From Malacoraja senta (taxonomy: Eukaryota): 64,000 bases of DNA. The stretch lies in contig JAXLNO010005840.1 in assembly GCA_038087875.1 (NCBI GenBank), forward strand, positions 62,001-126,000. The letters are read 5' to 3'. The notes below the pieces were generated by a model that was not told where the DNA came from, did no database searches, and saw only the letters and a program-made list of their open reading frames with translations. Shown here piece after piece: positions 11,434 through 23,768 of this stretch (positions are counted from its first letter, which is position 1; each line of letters starts with the position of its first letter). Both the position numbers and the translations under genes were made by a program.

Positions 11434-12204
11434 AAAATGGTCTGATTTTCTTTTTTGTGTTTTTGGAAGGAATTCTGTCCCTGATTTGTGTATTGGCCTT
11501 TATAACTTTTTTTTTAAATTCTGATTATATGTTAACCATAAATCTCTGTAAGGTGTCCTTGAGACCTCGGTATAAGGCGCCCATAAATAAAATTCATTAT
11601 TATTCCCCGCACTTCCATGTGCATATCTGAAAGTCTCTTAAATCCTACTATCATATCTGCACTACCACCACCCATACAGTGCGTTCCACCCCCCCCCCCC
11701 CCGCCCGCCCACTGTATAAAGAAACATGCCCTCTACTTCTCCATTAAACCTTCCCCTTTTCACTTTCTAGCTCTGGCCTCTAAAGTTGAGCATTTCCAAA
11801 CTGGTGAATGGTTCTGACTGTCTACGCCTCTCATAATCTGGAGCAACAAACAAACTGCTGGAGCCTAGGGGAACTCAGCGGTCGAGCAGCATCTGTGGGG
11901 AGGGAGGAAATTATTGACATTCCGGGATGAGACTCAGCATCAATTTTGTTGTTCCAAATTTGTAATAAAATATCTGTGGACAGCAACCGCCAGATTACTG
12001 TAACTTTGACCACAAGAGGGCACCAGATGCTACAGGGGCAGTGACAACATTGTTATGCACCTCCAGAACAAAGGAGATATTTTACAAAAAGTTTTGCTTC
12101 CTGTCAGTTACGCATCAATTGTCGACATTGTTTAATCCCACTGCAGCATTCACATAATATTTATTAACCACCCTTTTGCAAGCTATAGCTTACACTGAAG
12201 ATAG

Positions 12205-12715
12205 ACACAAAAAGCTGGAGTAACTCACCTGGTCAGATAGCATCTCTGGAGAAAAGGTGACATTTCGGTTTGAGACCCTTCTTCAGACTGCGGAAAGGGA
12301 AGGGAGATATAGACGGTGATGTAGAGAGCTATAGATCAAATCAATGAAAGATTTGCACAAAAGTAATGATGATAAAGAAAACAGGCCATTGTTAGCTGTT
12401 TGTTAGGTGAGAAGGGACTTTGAAGCTGGTACGACTTGGGTGGGGGAGGGATGGAGAGAGAGGGAATGCAGGGATTACGAAGTCAGAGAACTCAATATTC
12501 ATACCACTGGTTGTAAGCTGCCCAAGTGAAATATGAGATGCTGTTCCTCTAATTTGCGTTTGGCCTCACTCTGACAAAAGAGGAGGCCCAGGACTGAAAG
12601 GTCAGTGTGGGAATGGGAAGGGGAAGTAAAGTGTTTGGGAACCGGGAGATCAGGTAGGTCCAGGCGGAATGAGTGAAGGTGTTCAGTGAAACAATCGGCC
12701 AGGCTTATATCAAGG
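12205..12715 (-). mobile_element. Penelope-like element 3' end (GIY-YIG C-terminus, UTR, degenerate hammerhead, terminal module)
   Basis: Minus strand reads ...KLEEQHLIF.LGSLQP.GMNIEFS, then a pyrimidine-rich UTR, then CTGAAGAAGGGTCTCAAACCGAAATGTCACC; mirror image of 37921-38322. Confidence 0.75.
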
Positions 12716-13209
12716 GCTTATTCAAGTTTTCGTTTTTGGACGGCAGCTTTCTTTTCCAGCTTTCTTCCCCCATACTACAATCAGTGTGAAGAATAGTCCC
12801 AACTAAAAATGTTGTCTGTCCATTCCCTCCACAGATGCTGCCTGACCTCTTGAGTTTCTCCAGCATTCTCTGTTATGCAGTGATAGATCTGTCCCTATCA
12901 GTACACACTGCTGTGCCAGGACTAAACTGTACTCATCAGTACCATCTCCCAGTGCTACACAGTGGCTGATGACCTGTAAAGCACCAACATGCCTTCCCAA
13001 CTCAGTCCCGTACGAAGCTTTTCAAAAAGGGGGGTGGCATGACAGGATCACAAAAAAGATTGTAATGTGAAATAATGTGCGCGCTGTGCATGATTGTAAT
13101 GTGAAATAATGTGCGCGCTGTGCACATCACGAGCGTGAAGTGTGAAGTCCCTCGATGCCAGGGTCCAGGGGTTTTAGATGCTCTCTGATGCATTCTGAGC
13201 CTTATTTTG

Positions 13210-13500
13210 GAGCATTTTTGCATCAAATTCATGACCAATATTTCAGAAATTAACAGGAATCTGAGAGGTAGCTTTTTCACACAAAGGGTGGTGGGTATAT
13301 GGAACAAGCTGCCAGAGGAGGTAGTTAAGGCTGGGACTATCCTAATGTTTAAGAGACATTTGGACACGTACATGGATAGGAGAGGTTTACATGGATATGG
13401 GCCAGACGCGTGTGAGTGGGACTAGTTTAGATGGGACATGTTGGTCGGTGTGGGCAAGTTGGGCTGAAGGGCCTGTTTCCACACTGCATCATTCTATGAC
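13210..13500 (+). mobile_element. CR1 LINE 3' fragment
   Basis: RNLRGSFFTQRVVGIWNKLPEEVVKAGTILMFKRHLDTYMDRRGLHGYGP. Confidence 0.85.
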
Positions 13501-13658
13501 TAAAAAGTTAAGAAGAAAAATGCATGTAGATAAGTAGAGCAGATTTGAAAGAGGAGTGAAATGTAAAGGTAGAGATAGGTTTATGGGTGGAAAGGAACAT
13601 AGGAAAGGAGAGGGGAGAGTGGGCTTGGGCACATGGCTGAAGGGAAAATAGACACAAA

Positions 13659-13900
13659 GTGCTGGAGTAACTCAGCGGGTCAGGCAGCAACTGTGGAGAA
13701 CATGGATAGGTGACATGTCACAGAGTGCTGGAGTAACTCAGTGGGTCAGGCAGCATCTCTGGAGAACATGGATAGGTGACATGTCACAGAGCGCTGGAGT
13801 AACTCAGTGAGTCAGGCAGCATCTGCGGAGAACATGGATAGGTGACATTTCACAGAGTGCTGGAGCAAATCACTGGGTCAGGCAGCATCTCTGGAGAAAA
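13659..13900 (+). repeat. 66-bp tandem repeat (about 3.7 copies) derived from the Penelope-like terminal module
   Basis: Unit starts at 13659, 13725, 13791, 13857: gtgctggagtaactcag..ggtcaggcagcatct..ggagaacatggataggtgacat.tcacaga. Confidence 0.85.
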
Positions 13901-14114
13901 GGTATAGATTATATTTCGGGTCAAGACCCTTCTTCAGTTATATTCATGATGTGACATGCATAGACATTCCTGAATGTTACCCAAACCATCGTGAGCTACT
14001 TTGTGACGGTGCTTGCCCTCTCCTATAACGTCTCTGCTGCCTGGGTGAAGCAGGACAGGACACAAGCTTCGGGACACGGTGTGAAGCTGTTGCCGTCTGT
14101 CCCAGCCTGGTAAA

Positions 14115-14400
14115 AACCTGGATGGAGTGGATGTGGAGAGGATGTTTCCACTAGTGGGAGAGTCTAGGACCAGTGGCCACAGCCTCAGAATTAAAATACA
14201 TTCCTTTAGGAAGAAGATGAGCAGGAATTTCTTAAGTCAGAAGGTGGTGAACTGTGGAATTCATTGCCACAGACAGCTGTGGAGGTCACGTCAATGGACA
14301 CTTTTCAGGAGGAGATTGATAGATTCTTGATTGATACAGGTGTCAGAGGTAATGGGGAGAAGGCAGGAGAATGGGTTTGAGAGGGAAAGATAGATAGTCA
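14115..14400 (+). mobile_element. CR1 LINE 3' fragment
   Basis: MDVERMFPLVGESRTSGHSLRIK... Confidence 0.8.
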
Positions 14401-14965
14401 TAGAGAGATACAGTGTGGAAACAGGCCCTTCGGCCCAGCATGTCCCATCTACACTAGTCCTGTCCACATTTGATCCATATCTCTCCGAACATGTCCTATC
14501 CATATACCTGTTTAAGTGTTTCTTAAATTTTGCGATAGTCCCTGTCTGTACCTCCTCTGGCAGCTTGTTCCATACACCTACCACCCTTTGTGTGAAAAAT
14601 ATACCTGTCAGATTCCTATTAAAGCTTTAGCCCTTCACCTTGAACTTATGTCCTCTGCTCCCCGATTCACCTACTCTGCGCAAAAGACTCAACCATATCT
14701 ATTCAAATCATGATTTTATACACCTCTATTAGATCATCCCTCATCCTCCTGTGCTCCATGAAATAGAGTACCAGCCTACTCAACCTCTCCCTATAGCTTG
14801 GCCCTCTAGTCCTGAGGCAACATCCTCGTAAATCTTCACTGTACCCTTTCCAGTTTAATGACATCTTTCCTATTACATGGTGCCCAGAACTGAATACAAT
14901 ACTCTAAATGCGGCCTCATCAACTTCTTATACAACTGCAACATGACCTCCCAACTTCTGTACTCA
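14400..14965 (-). mobile_element. CR1 LINE 3' fragment
   Basis: Reverse-strand CR1 C-terminus (...VVGVWNKLPEEVQTGTIAKFKKHLNRYMDR). Confidence 0.8.
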
Positions 14966-17767
14966 GCCTGACCTCGCAATATTACTCCAGCACTCAGTTA
15001 CTCCAGCACTCTGTGAAACGTCACAGAACAGGGCAAGATTAGCAAGTTTGCTGATGATACAGAAGTGAGTGGATTTGCAAATAGTGAAAATGGTTGTGAA
15101 AGATTGCAGCAGGATCTCGATCAATTAGCCAGGTGGGCAGAGGAATGGTTGATGGTTGCATGGTTCCTTGAAGGTTGAGTCGCTGGTATATTAGGTGGTC
15201 AAAAAATATTTTGGCACTTTGTCCTTCATCAGTCAGAGTATTGAGTAAAGAAGCTTAAAGATGTTAAGGGAAAAAGAGTAGCAAAGTCAAATGTGGGTCC
15301 CTTGAAGGCAGACACGGGTGAAATTATTATGGGCAACAAGGAAATGGCAGAAGAGTTGAATAGGTACTTCAGATCTGTCTTCACTAAGGAAGACACAAAC
15401 AATCTCCCAGCTGTACTGGAGGACAGAGGATCTAAGGGGGTAGAGGAACTGAAAGAAATTTTCATTAGGCGAGAAATAGTATTGGGTAGGCTAATGGGAC
15501 TGAAGGATGATAAATCCCCTGGACCTGATGGTCTGCATCCCAGGGTCCTCAGGGAGGTGGCTCTAGAAATAGTGGATGCATTGGTGATCATTTTCCAATG
15601 TTCAATAGATTCAGGATCAGTTCCTGTGGATTGGAGGATAGCTAATGTTATCCCACTTTTCAAGAAAGGAGCGAGAGAGAAAACAGGGAATTACAGACCA
15701 GTTAGCCTGACTTCGGTGGTGGGAAAGATGCTGGAGTCAATTATTAAAGAGGTAATAATGGGGCATTTGGATAGCAGTAAAAGGATTAGTCCGTCAACAT
15801 GGATTTATGAAAGGGAAATCATGCTTGACTAATCTTCTGGAATTTTTTGAGGATGTGACAAGTAAAATGGATGAAGGGGTGCCAGTGGATGTAGTGTACC
15901 TGGACTTTCAGAAAGCATTTGATAAGGTCCCGCACGGGACACTGGTGACTAAAATTAGAGCTCATGGTATTGGGGGTAAGGTGTTGACATGGATAGAAAA
16001 TTGGTTGGCAGACCGGAAGCAAAGAGTAGGAGTGAACGGGTCCTTTTCAGAATTGCAGTAAGTGGCGAGTGGAGTGCCGCAAGCAGTGGCGGACTGGGTC
16101 TAAAAATATTGGTTGCCAGGAGACAAAGGGGGCCCACCCACAACTACAATGCTATCATTTAATTTTCATAACGAATAAATAATATTTTCAAAAAATACAT
16201 ATGGAAAAAAGGGTACAATTTAAAAATTTTGTGAAAAAAATGGTTCTTAGTAATTACAGTGTACATGTACTGTACATATTACTGGCAGTAGATACCGAAT
16301 GTAAATACAGAATGTTATAATTTTTTTTTTTTTAAATTTTAAGTAATTGGTTGATATTTTAAAATAATTTACTGCACAATTTACACATTAACAGATAGTT
16401 GAAAAGCACAATAGAGCATTGCATGCAGTCCACTATATTAAGAGCAATCGTTTGTGTTCGCTAGATGATTGTGCGAATCTACCAATAATTGCTTCTGCAT
16501 CCAATTCATCTAACAATTCCTTTTCAATGGTTAGCAACATGTATGATTCCAAATTCTCCTCAGACAGCGAATTTCTTAACCTTGTCTTTATGATCTTTAG
16601 CTTTGAAAATGTCCTCTCACATTGGACTTGAGTAACTGATAGTGTGCAGATGACTTTATAAAGTTGATAAAGGTTATCATATGCCTTGTCATGAAGTCTG
16701 TTGGATGCCAGAATGTTTAGTACACTCGATGGGCAAGTGCTGCACATTTTACAATTGTTGCAACTGGAATCCATATTCTCACCATCATTAAGCAACTTTA
16801 ATACATCAAAGTTTGAAGCAAAAGAAAACAATTCCAATATTACTTGATCTTTGCTGATTTGTGGAAACAGCTTAATAATACCTTCCAATGCTTCATCTTC
16901 AAGGCCCTTCTCTGCAATAGTTTTAAACTTTGCTGGGTCCAAGCAGGTCAAATCTTTATACAACTGTTTGTGTTGTACAAAGCGTGATTCTAGTGACTGG
17001 ACAATGCGATCCATTATTGGGTTAAACACATTTACTCAAAAATCAGCTAGAGAATCTGAGGAATTTCTTTTATCATCAATAAGCTCATCTGCCATTATTT
17101 TCTTCTTCCTCTGCCTCTTAACTGGCAATGCTGTTTCCAACGCAATAATTTCCAATGTTTGATTTTCATCCATATTCATCTGTGAAATCCTGTCATTACA
17201 TTTCTTTACAAATTCCAAAGCCTTGCTGTGAACGTTATTAAATGTTCTTGTCTGTTCCTTCAACTTTGTTGTAGCTGAATCTACCAAACTCCATGCAGTA
17301 AACATATCTAACCCACTTGTCTGTAGATAACTTGATAACGGAGTTGTAGTTTCAAATATATACAAGTAAATAAATGCTGTCAATATGGTTTCAAACTTTA
17401 GAAGACTTTGAAGTAAAACATTTGCTTCATGTTTTGTTTTTGCATCAAACTTTTCTGAATCTTGTATCATTGATAATCATGTCAATAGATTTACGAAAGT
17501 ACTGGCAGCGGCATCATCAAAACTTCCAAATATAGTTGTTGCTGCATTGGATTTTCCTGACCATCTGGTCTCACCAATTAGCTTTAATCGTTTCATTTTT
17601 TTCTTATCCTAGATGTTTTCCAACAACTTCTATCCATACAGCCATTCTCTTGTATGATGCTTTCACAAAAGTTGCTCTATTCTGGAGCAAATTGAAAAAA
17701 GAAACTGCAGGCTCACAACATTTGTTGTTTCAGTTATCACCAAATTCAAGACATGGGCATAGCACCA

Positions 17768-17822
17768 TTTCACTTGCACTTTATGTGCAATGTGACGAAT
17801 AAAACCGTATTGTATTGTATTG
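17768..17822 (+). mobile_element. 55-bp LINE/SINE 3'-tail insertion inside the transposase
   Basis: tttcacttgcac...gtgacgaataaaa..(TATTG)n separates the codons HVHI and WCYAH; removing it restores the frame. Confidence 0.7.
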
Positions 17823-17926
17823 TATATGAACATGTTGATCAGCCACATCAGCAATTTTACTTTGTAAACCATTATACTGGCCATAGTAGCTTGCAGCGCC
17901 ATCTGTGCTATCAGATAAACATTTTT

Positions 17927-19936
17927 TTTTTTGTGATATAAATTTTTATTAGAAGCAAACATATTACAATGTAGAGTAACATATTATAATAGAAGAAAAA
18001 ACTTTTCATATACATCAATCACTCATACATTATTAAATTTGTCAATTGTCAGTTATTTCTGCTTCTAGTGTTTTTTTTTTATATAGATAGAAAAAGAAAA
18101 ATAGAGAGAAAGAAGAAAGAAAAGAGAGAAAGAAGAATTACAATATCAAAAAAGAAAAAGAGGTGGAATGAATAACTTATAATACGTCATAGGAGATAAG
18201 TTCGTAGGTTATGAAATATAATTACATCTAATCCTGAGTTCAAGCTTCAGTCGGGCTTTCGCGCTGGGCCACTCTATCCCTTCAAATAGGCAATGAATGG
18301 AGCCCATATTTTAACAAAAAGTTCTTGCTTGTCCATTAAGACAAGTCTAATTCTTTCTAGATGTAGGGTCTCCGACATTTCCACAATCCACATTTTAATT
18401 GTGGGGGTTGTAGGGCCTTTCCAGAATTTTAATATTAATTTTTTCCCAGTTATTATACTGTAGTCAAGGAAGTTTTTTTGGCTTGTTGTGAGTGTTAAAC
18501 TTTGTTCTGATATCCCAAGTATTATTAATTTTGAGTCTGGAGCCAATTTGGTATTAACAACTTCAGAGATTATTTGAAAAATATCAGTCCAGTAATTTTT
18601 AATTTTTATACAATTTGCAAAGGTATGTGTTAAATTGGCCTCTAGGTGCAGGCATTTATCACATATAGGAGAAATATGTGGGAAAATTCTATTTAGTTTT
18701 ATTTTGGAATAATGTAATCTGTGTAAGACTTTAAATTGTATTAAAGCATGTCTGGCATTTAACGAACATTGATGTATATGTTGTAAACTTTCGTCCCAAA
18801 TATCTTTCGTAATAGGATAACCTAACTCATTTTCCCATTTATGTATATATAGTTCCATCGGTGGTTCCTCATTATTTAGGAGAATGTTATAAATATAAGC
18901 TATTAATTTTTCAGTGTTAGGATGCGTATTCAAACATTCATCAAGAATTTCTGGTTCCCTAGTCCTATAAACTTGTGTATTGGATTTAACATAATCTCTA
19001 ATTTGTAAATATCTGAAAAAGTTATTTGAGTGTAGTCCATGATTCTGTTGTAACTCTTGAAATGACAGAAAGATGCCTTCCCTATAAAGATGTCCAATCC
19101 TTTTAATTCCCTGATTTTTCCATTGTATAAAACCTCTATCCAATATGGATGGCTTGAATAGAGGATTATTTACAATGGGAAGGCATAGTGGTATATTATT
19201 CAGTTTTAAAGCCTTTTTTAATTGTTTCCAAATTCGTATTCCACTATGTATTATAGGGTTTTCCTTATAGGTTTTTTTATGCAATTTTGTGGTAGAAAAT
19301 ATAATCGAACCTATTTCAAAAGGTAAACAGTCTTCCTTTTCCATCCTTAACCATTCTGGTTGTTGGTCCATTTCTTCCAGCCAGAAATTCATGTTTTTAA
19401 TATGGACTGCCCAAAAATAAAATAATAAATTTGGCAAGGCCAAACCTCCGTTGCTCTTTGACTTCCATAAATGTTTTTTACTTATTCTATGATTCTTATA
19501 ATCCCAAATAAAGCTTGAAACAATGGAGTCGACTTTTTTGAAAACGTTTTTTGGAATATATATCGGAATTAATTGAAATAAATATAGTAGTTGCGGTAAG
19601 AAAATCATTTTTATAGCATTAATTCTACCAAGCATTGAAATAGGAAGTGTTTTCCAGTACTGAATATGTTTGTGTAATTTATTAAGTAAGGATGGAAAAT
19701 TTTGTTTAAATAAAGAGGTATATGTCTTAGTTACATAGATTCCTAAATATTTAAGTTTATCTTTAACTATTTTAAAAGGGGATTGTTGTATTGTATTTAA
19801 GTTGAATTTTGTTATTGGCATAATTTCACTTTTATTCCAATTAATCCTATATCCTGAGAACTGACCAAATTGTGTTATTAGATTTAATAGATTTGGAATA
19901 CTAGTTTCTAACTTTGTAATATAGTTAAACATAATA
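17927..19936 (-). mobile_element. 5'-truncated L1/Tx1-clade LINE with uninterrupted ORF2 C-terminal part (ORF 18274 to about 19920)
   Basis: About 550 open codons (FGQFSGYRINWNKSE, KYLGI, GRINAIKM, GGLALPN, C-terminal C..C/H..C knuckle), poly(A) tail, 15-bp TSD CAGATAAACATTTTT at 17912-17926 and 19937-19951. Confidence 0.93.
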
Positions 19937-22163
19937 CAGATAAACATTTTTGGGGGTCAATTTTAAGATGCTGTAATGTTTCAATCAATAGATCAAAAAG
20001 TCCCTGTCCTGTACCATCATTACTTGGCACAACTGAAAGTAGTCGCTCACAGATAATACCTTTAAGCACATACCGAATAATAATTGTGGACGTTTTATAC
20101 ATTTAGCAGCAATGAGTCCTGCTGCTGCATCGCTGATGAAACATATTTTATATCCGGTTTATATTTGTTAACCTTGAGAGATATGCAAGCACTACTAGTT
20201 TCATCTGTAAGGCTATTACTTTTACGATACTTAATGTTCATCACTGAGAACAATGATTCACAAGAATATATACATGAAAAAATCCTGAATATTGATAATA
20301 CCTCTCACATAGCTTTAACAATAACTTATGTTTAAGCACATATGCTGAAGAACAGGCTTCATTAACTTTTCATATAATATTTTCAATGCAGTCACTGATA
20401 ACCAGATAATTACTATGGATAACTGGAGCCTACCCTGGTGTAACAATTACGTTTTTCTAATATCTAAATTTGAACTCACATGTAGCTGAATTTGGATATT
20501 GTTTACCGATAATTTTTTTTTACGATCCTTGAAAAACTATATAAAAAGAATGGTAAAGGAGCCACGCCACGTCTGGCCGCCTGGTGAATGATGCAACAAG
20601 AAGTTATATGCAACAATGATCTTTTATACATATACAAAAACTAAAAATTAAAAACATCTCTTCAATAAGGGGGGGGGGGCAGGCTGAGGCTTTTCAAGTG
20701 TGTGTGACAAAAATACGGACAAATCTTTGATACAAAATTTTCTCACTTGCCAACCGAAATTTTTTGGGAGTATATTATATTATTTGGTGTCATTTAAGTA
20801 TTGGGAGAACCTTTTCAAAGAATTAAAAATCACACTGGAGCGGTAAAATCAGAGAATATTGTAAGTAATTATTATAAGATAAGTCCTGTGAGATTGAATG
20901 AATGTAAATTTTTGTGACTAATTTTAACTCAAAAGTAGTTCATCCCTGTTGATACTGTGGATATTTTTTTAAATTAAACTTTCAGTGTAATTCTAGCTGC
21001 CAGATACATCTTATTCCTTTTTATTACTAAAACAGTTATCTGTGTTTGTTTGTTTATTGCATTTTTATTTGATATAGGGGGGGGGGGGGCACTTCATCAG
21101 GGGCCCACTTGCCATCGGGCAAGCTGATACCCTGGCCAGTCCGCCACTGGCCGCAAGGCTCGGTGTTGGGGCCGCAATTGTTTACCATATATATTAATGA
21201 TTTGGAAGAGGGAATTAGGAGCAACACTAGCAGGTTTGCGGATGACACATAGCTGGGTGGCAGTGTGAACTGTGAAGAGGATGTTAGGAGGTTGCAGGGT
21301 GACCTGGACAGGTTGAGTGAGTGGGCAGATGCGTGGCAAATGCAGTATAATATAGATAAATGTGAGGTTATCCACTTTGGCAGCAAAAACAAGGGGGCAG
21401 ATTATTATCTCAATGGGGTTGGGTTAGGTAAGGGGGAGGTGCAGCGAGACCTGGGCGTCCTTGTACACCGGTCACTGAAAGTTGGCGTGCAGGTACAGCA
21501 GGCAGTGAAGAAAACTAATGGAATGTTGGCCTTCATAACAAGAGGATTTCAGTATAGGAGTAGAGAGGTTCTTCTGCAGTTGTATAGGGGTCTGGTGAGA
21601 CCACATCTGGAGTATTGTGTACTGTTTTGGTCTCCTAATTTGAGGAAGGACATCCTTGTGATTGAGGCAGTACAGCGTAGGTTCAAGAGATTGATCCTTG
21701 GGATGGTGGGATTGTCATATGAGGAAAGATTGAAAAGACTAGGCTTGTATTCACTAGAGTTTAGAAGGATGAGGGGGAATCTTATAGAAACATATAAAAT
21801 TATAAAAAGACTGGACAAGCAAGATGCAGGAAAAATATTCCCAATGTTGGGCGAGTCCAGAAACAGGGGCCACAGTCTTAGAATAAAGGGGAGGTCATTT
21901 AAGACTGAGGTGAGAAAAAAGTTTTCACCCAGAGAGTTGTGAATTTATGTAATTCCCTGCCACAGAGGGCAGTGGAGGCCAAGTCACTAGATGGATTTAA
22001 GAGAGAGTTAGATAGAGCTCTAGGGGCTAGTGGAGTCAAGGGATATGGGGAGAAGGCAGGCATGGGTTATTGATAGGGGACATGATCACAATGAATGGCG
22101 GTGCTGGCTCGAAGGGCCGAATGGCCTCCTCCTGTACCTATTTTCTATGTTTCTATGTTTCTA

Positions 22164-23092
22164 ACATTAGCAAATTTGCAGATGACACAAAGATGGGTGG
22201 CAGTGTGAACTGTGATAGGATGCTATGAGAATGCAGGGTGACTTGGACAGGTTGGGGGAGTGGGCAGATGCATGGCAGATGAAGTTTAATGTGGATAAAT
22301 GTGAGGTTACCCACTTTGGTAGCAAAAACAGGAACGCAGATTACTATCTAAATGGCGTCAAGTTGGGAAAAGGAAGTACAACGGGATCTGGGGGTCCTTG
22401 TACATCAGTCTATGAAAGTATGTATGCAGGTACAGCAGGCAGTGAAGAAAGCGAATGGCATGTTGGCCTTTATAACAAGAGGAATCGAATATAGGAGCAA
22501 AGAGGTCCTTCTGCAGTTGTACACAGCCCTAGTGAGACCACACCTGGAGTATTGTGTGCAGTTTTGGTTCCCTAATTTGAGGAAGGACATTCTTGCTATT
22601 GAGGGAGTGCAGCGTTGGTTTACAAGGTTAATTCCCGGGATGGCGGGACTGTCATATGCTGAGAGAATGGAGCAGCTGGGCTTGTACACTCTGGAGTTTA
22701 GAAGGATGAGAGGGGATCTCATTGAAACATATAAGATTGTTAAGGGCTTGGACATGCTAGAGGCAGGAAACATGTTCCCGATGTTGGGGGAGTCCAGAAG
22801 CCACAGTTTAAGAATAAGGAGTTAGCCATTTGAACGGAGACGATGAAACACTATTTCTCACAGAGTGGTGAGCCTGTGGAATTCTCTGACTCAGAGGGCG
22901 GTGGAGGCAGTTTCTCTGGATGCTTTCAAGAGAGAGCTAGATAGGGCTCTTAAAAATAGCGGCGTCAAGGGATATGGGGAGAAGGCAGGAACGGGGTACT
23001 GATTGGGGATGATCAGCCATGATCACATTGAATGGCGGTGCTGGCTCGAAGGGCCAAATGGCCTATTGTCTCTTGTCTATTGTCTATTGTCT
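22164..23092 (+). mobile_element. Second 5'-truncated CR1 directly abutting the tail of the first
   Basis: Starts at ISKFADDTK immediately after the (TTTCTATG)n tail; ends with a (CTATTGT)n tail. Confidence 0.9.
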
Positions 23093-23160
23093 AAAGGCAG
23101 CTTTAGCGTTTTGAAACCAAAGGCAGCTTTAGCGGTTTGAAACCAAAGGCAGCTTTAGTG
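23093..23160 (+). repeat. 26-bp tandem repeat, about 2.6 copies
   Basis: aaaggcagctttagcg(t/g)tttgaaacc repeated. Confidence 0.85.
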
Positions 23161-23164
23161 GGGT

Positions 23165-23768
23165 TTTTTATTTTTGAATTTCTTTTATTAGAAGCGATTG
23201 TACAAGGATAAGGCAATCGACATAACACTTATACAATTATTGTACAGCTTCATTTTTAACGTTAGAACCTAAATCGAAAAAAAAGAGAGAAAAAAGAAAA
23301 GAATGACGAAAGAGAAGTAAAATAAGAACAAGCTAGAAAATAGACCCTAAGGTTCCAAAGAAGTGCAAGAGAAAAGAAAAGAAATAAGAAAAAAAAAGAT
23401 GGAAATATACCTCCCCCCCTCACCTATCCCTGGCATCAGGTTTAAATTTGTGTTTAACCATTCTGTTGTTGCAGAAATTCAGTAAAAGGGAACCATGTCT
23501 TAAGAAATTGATCTGCTTTTCCCGCCAAGACAAGCCCAATATTTTCCAAATGTAGTGTATCGGACTCATCAGTAATCCACATCTTCACTGTAGGGACTGT
23601 TATCTGTTTCCAGAATTTGAGTATTAATTTTTTCCCCGTTATGAGGCCATAGTTGAGGAAACGTCTTTGGAATATCGTTAATTTAGAGCAGGCATCTGAC
23701 ATACCTAAAGTGATCCGTTTTATATCTGGTTCCAATTTAATGTTAAGTATTTTGGAGAAGATAGCCAT
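23165..23768 (-). mobile_element. L1-clade 3' fragment (same family type as 17927-19936)
   Basis: NYGLITGKKLILKFWK..VPTVKMWI parallels DYSIITGKKLILKFWK..TPTIKMWI; shared 3' end ...ttttattagaagc. Confidence 0.85.

Larger units (their letters stand above)
16433..20102 (-). pseudogene. Disrupted hAT transposase
   Basis: Pieces: IIIRYV..CERLL, IDPQKCLSDSTDGAASYYGQYNGLQSKI (DGA motif), HVHIWCYAHVLNLV (CxxH), GETRWS, VTQVQCERTFSKLKIIKTRLRNSL (dimerisation domain). Stops, deletions and two insertions interrupt it. Confidence 0.9.
16084..21149 (-). mobile_element. hAT-superfamily DNA transposon (Tip100/ZMYM1-like transposase) with both ends
   Basis: 14-bp TIRs CAGTGGCGGACTGG (16084-16097) and CCAGTCCGCCACTG (21136-21149); perfect 8-bp TSD GCCGCAAG (16076-16083, 21150-21157). 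Confidence 0.95.
15265..22163 (+). mobile_element. 5'-truncated CR1 LINE split into 15265-16083 and 21150-22163 by the hAT insertion
   Basis: RT motifs [43 protein letters not shown] on the left. GVPQ|GSVLGP is split at the hAT junction. FADD, YCV.FWSP and a (TTTCTATG)n tail lie on the right. Confidence 0.93.

Noticed and set aside
20084-20335. Plus-strand ORF containing CIADET, resembling the first catalytic Asp motif of hAT transposases
   Set aside because: It lies on the opposite strand to the transposase with no supporting flanking motifs; treated as coincidence.
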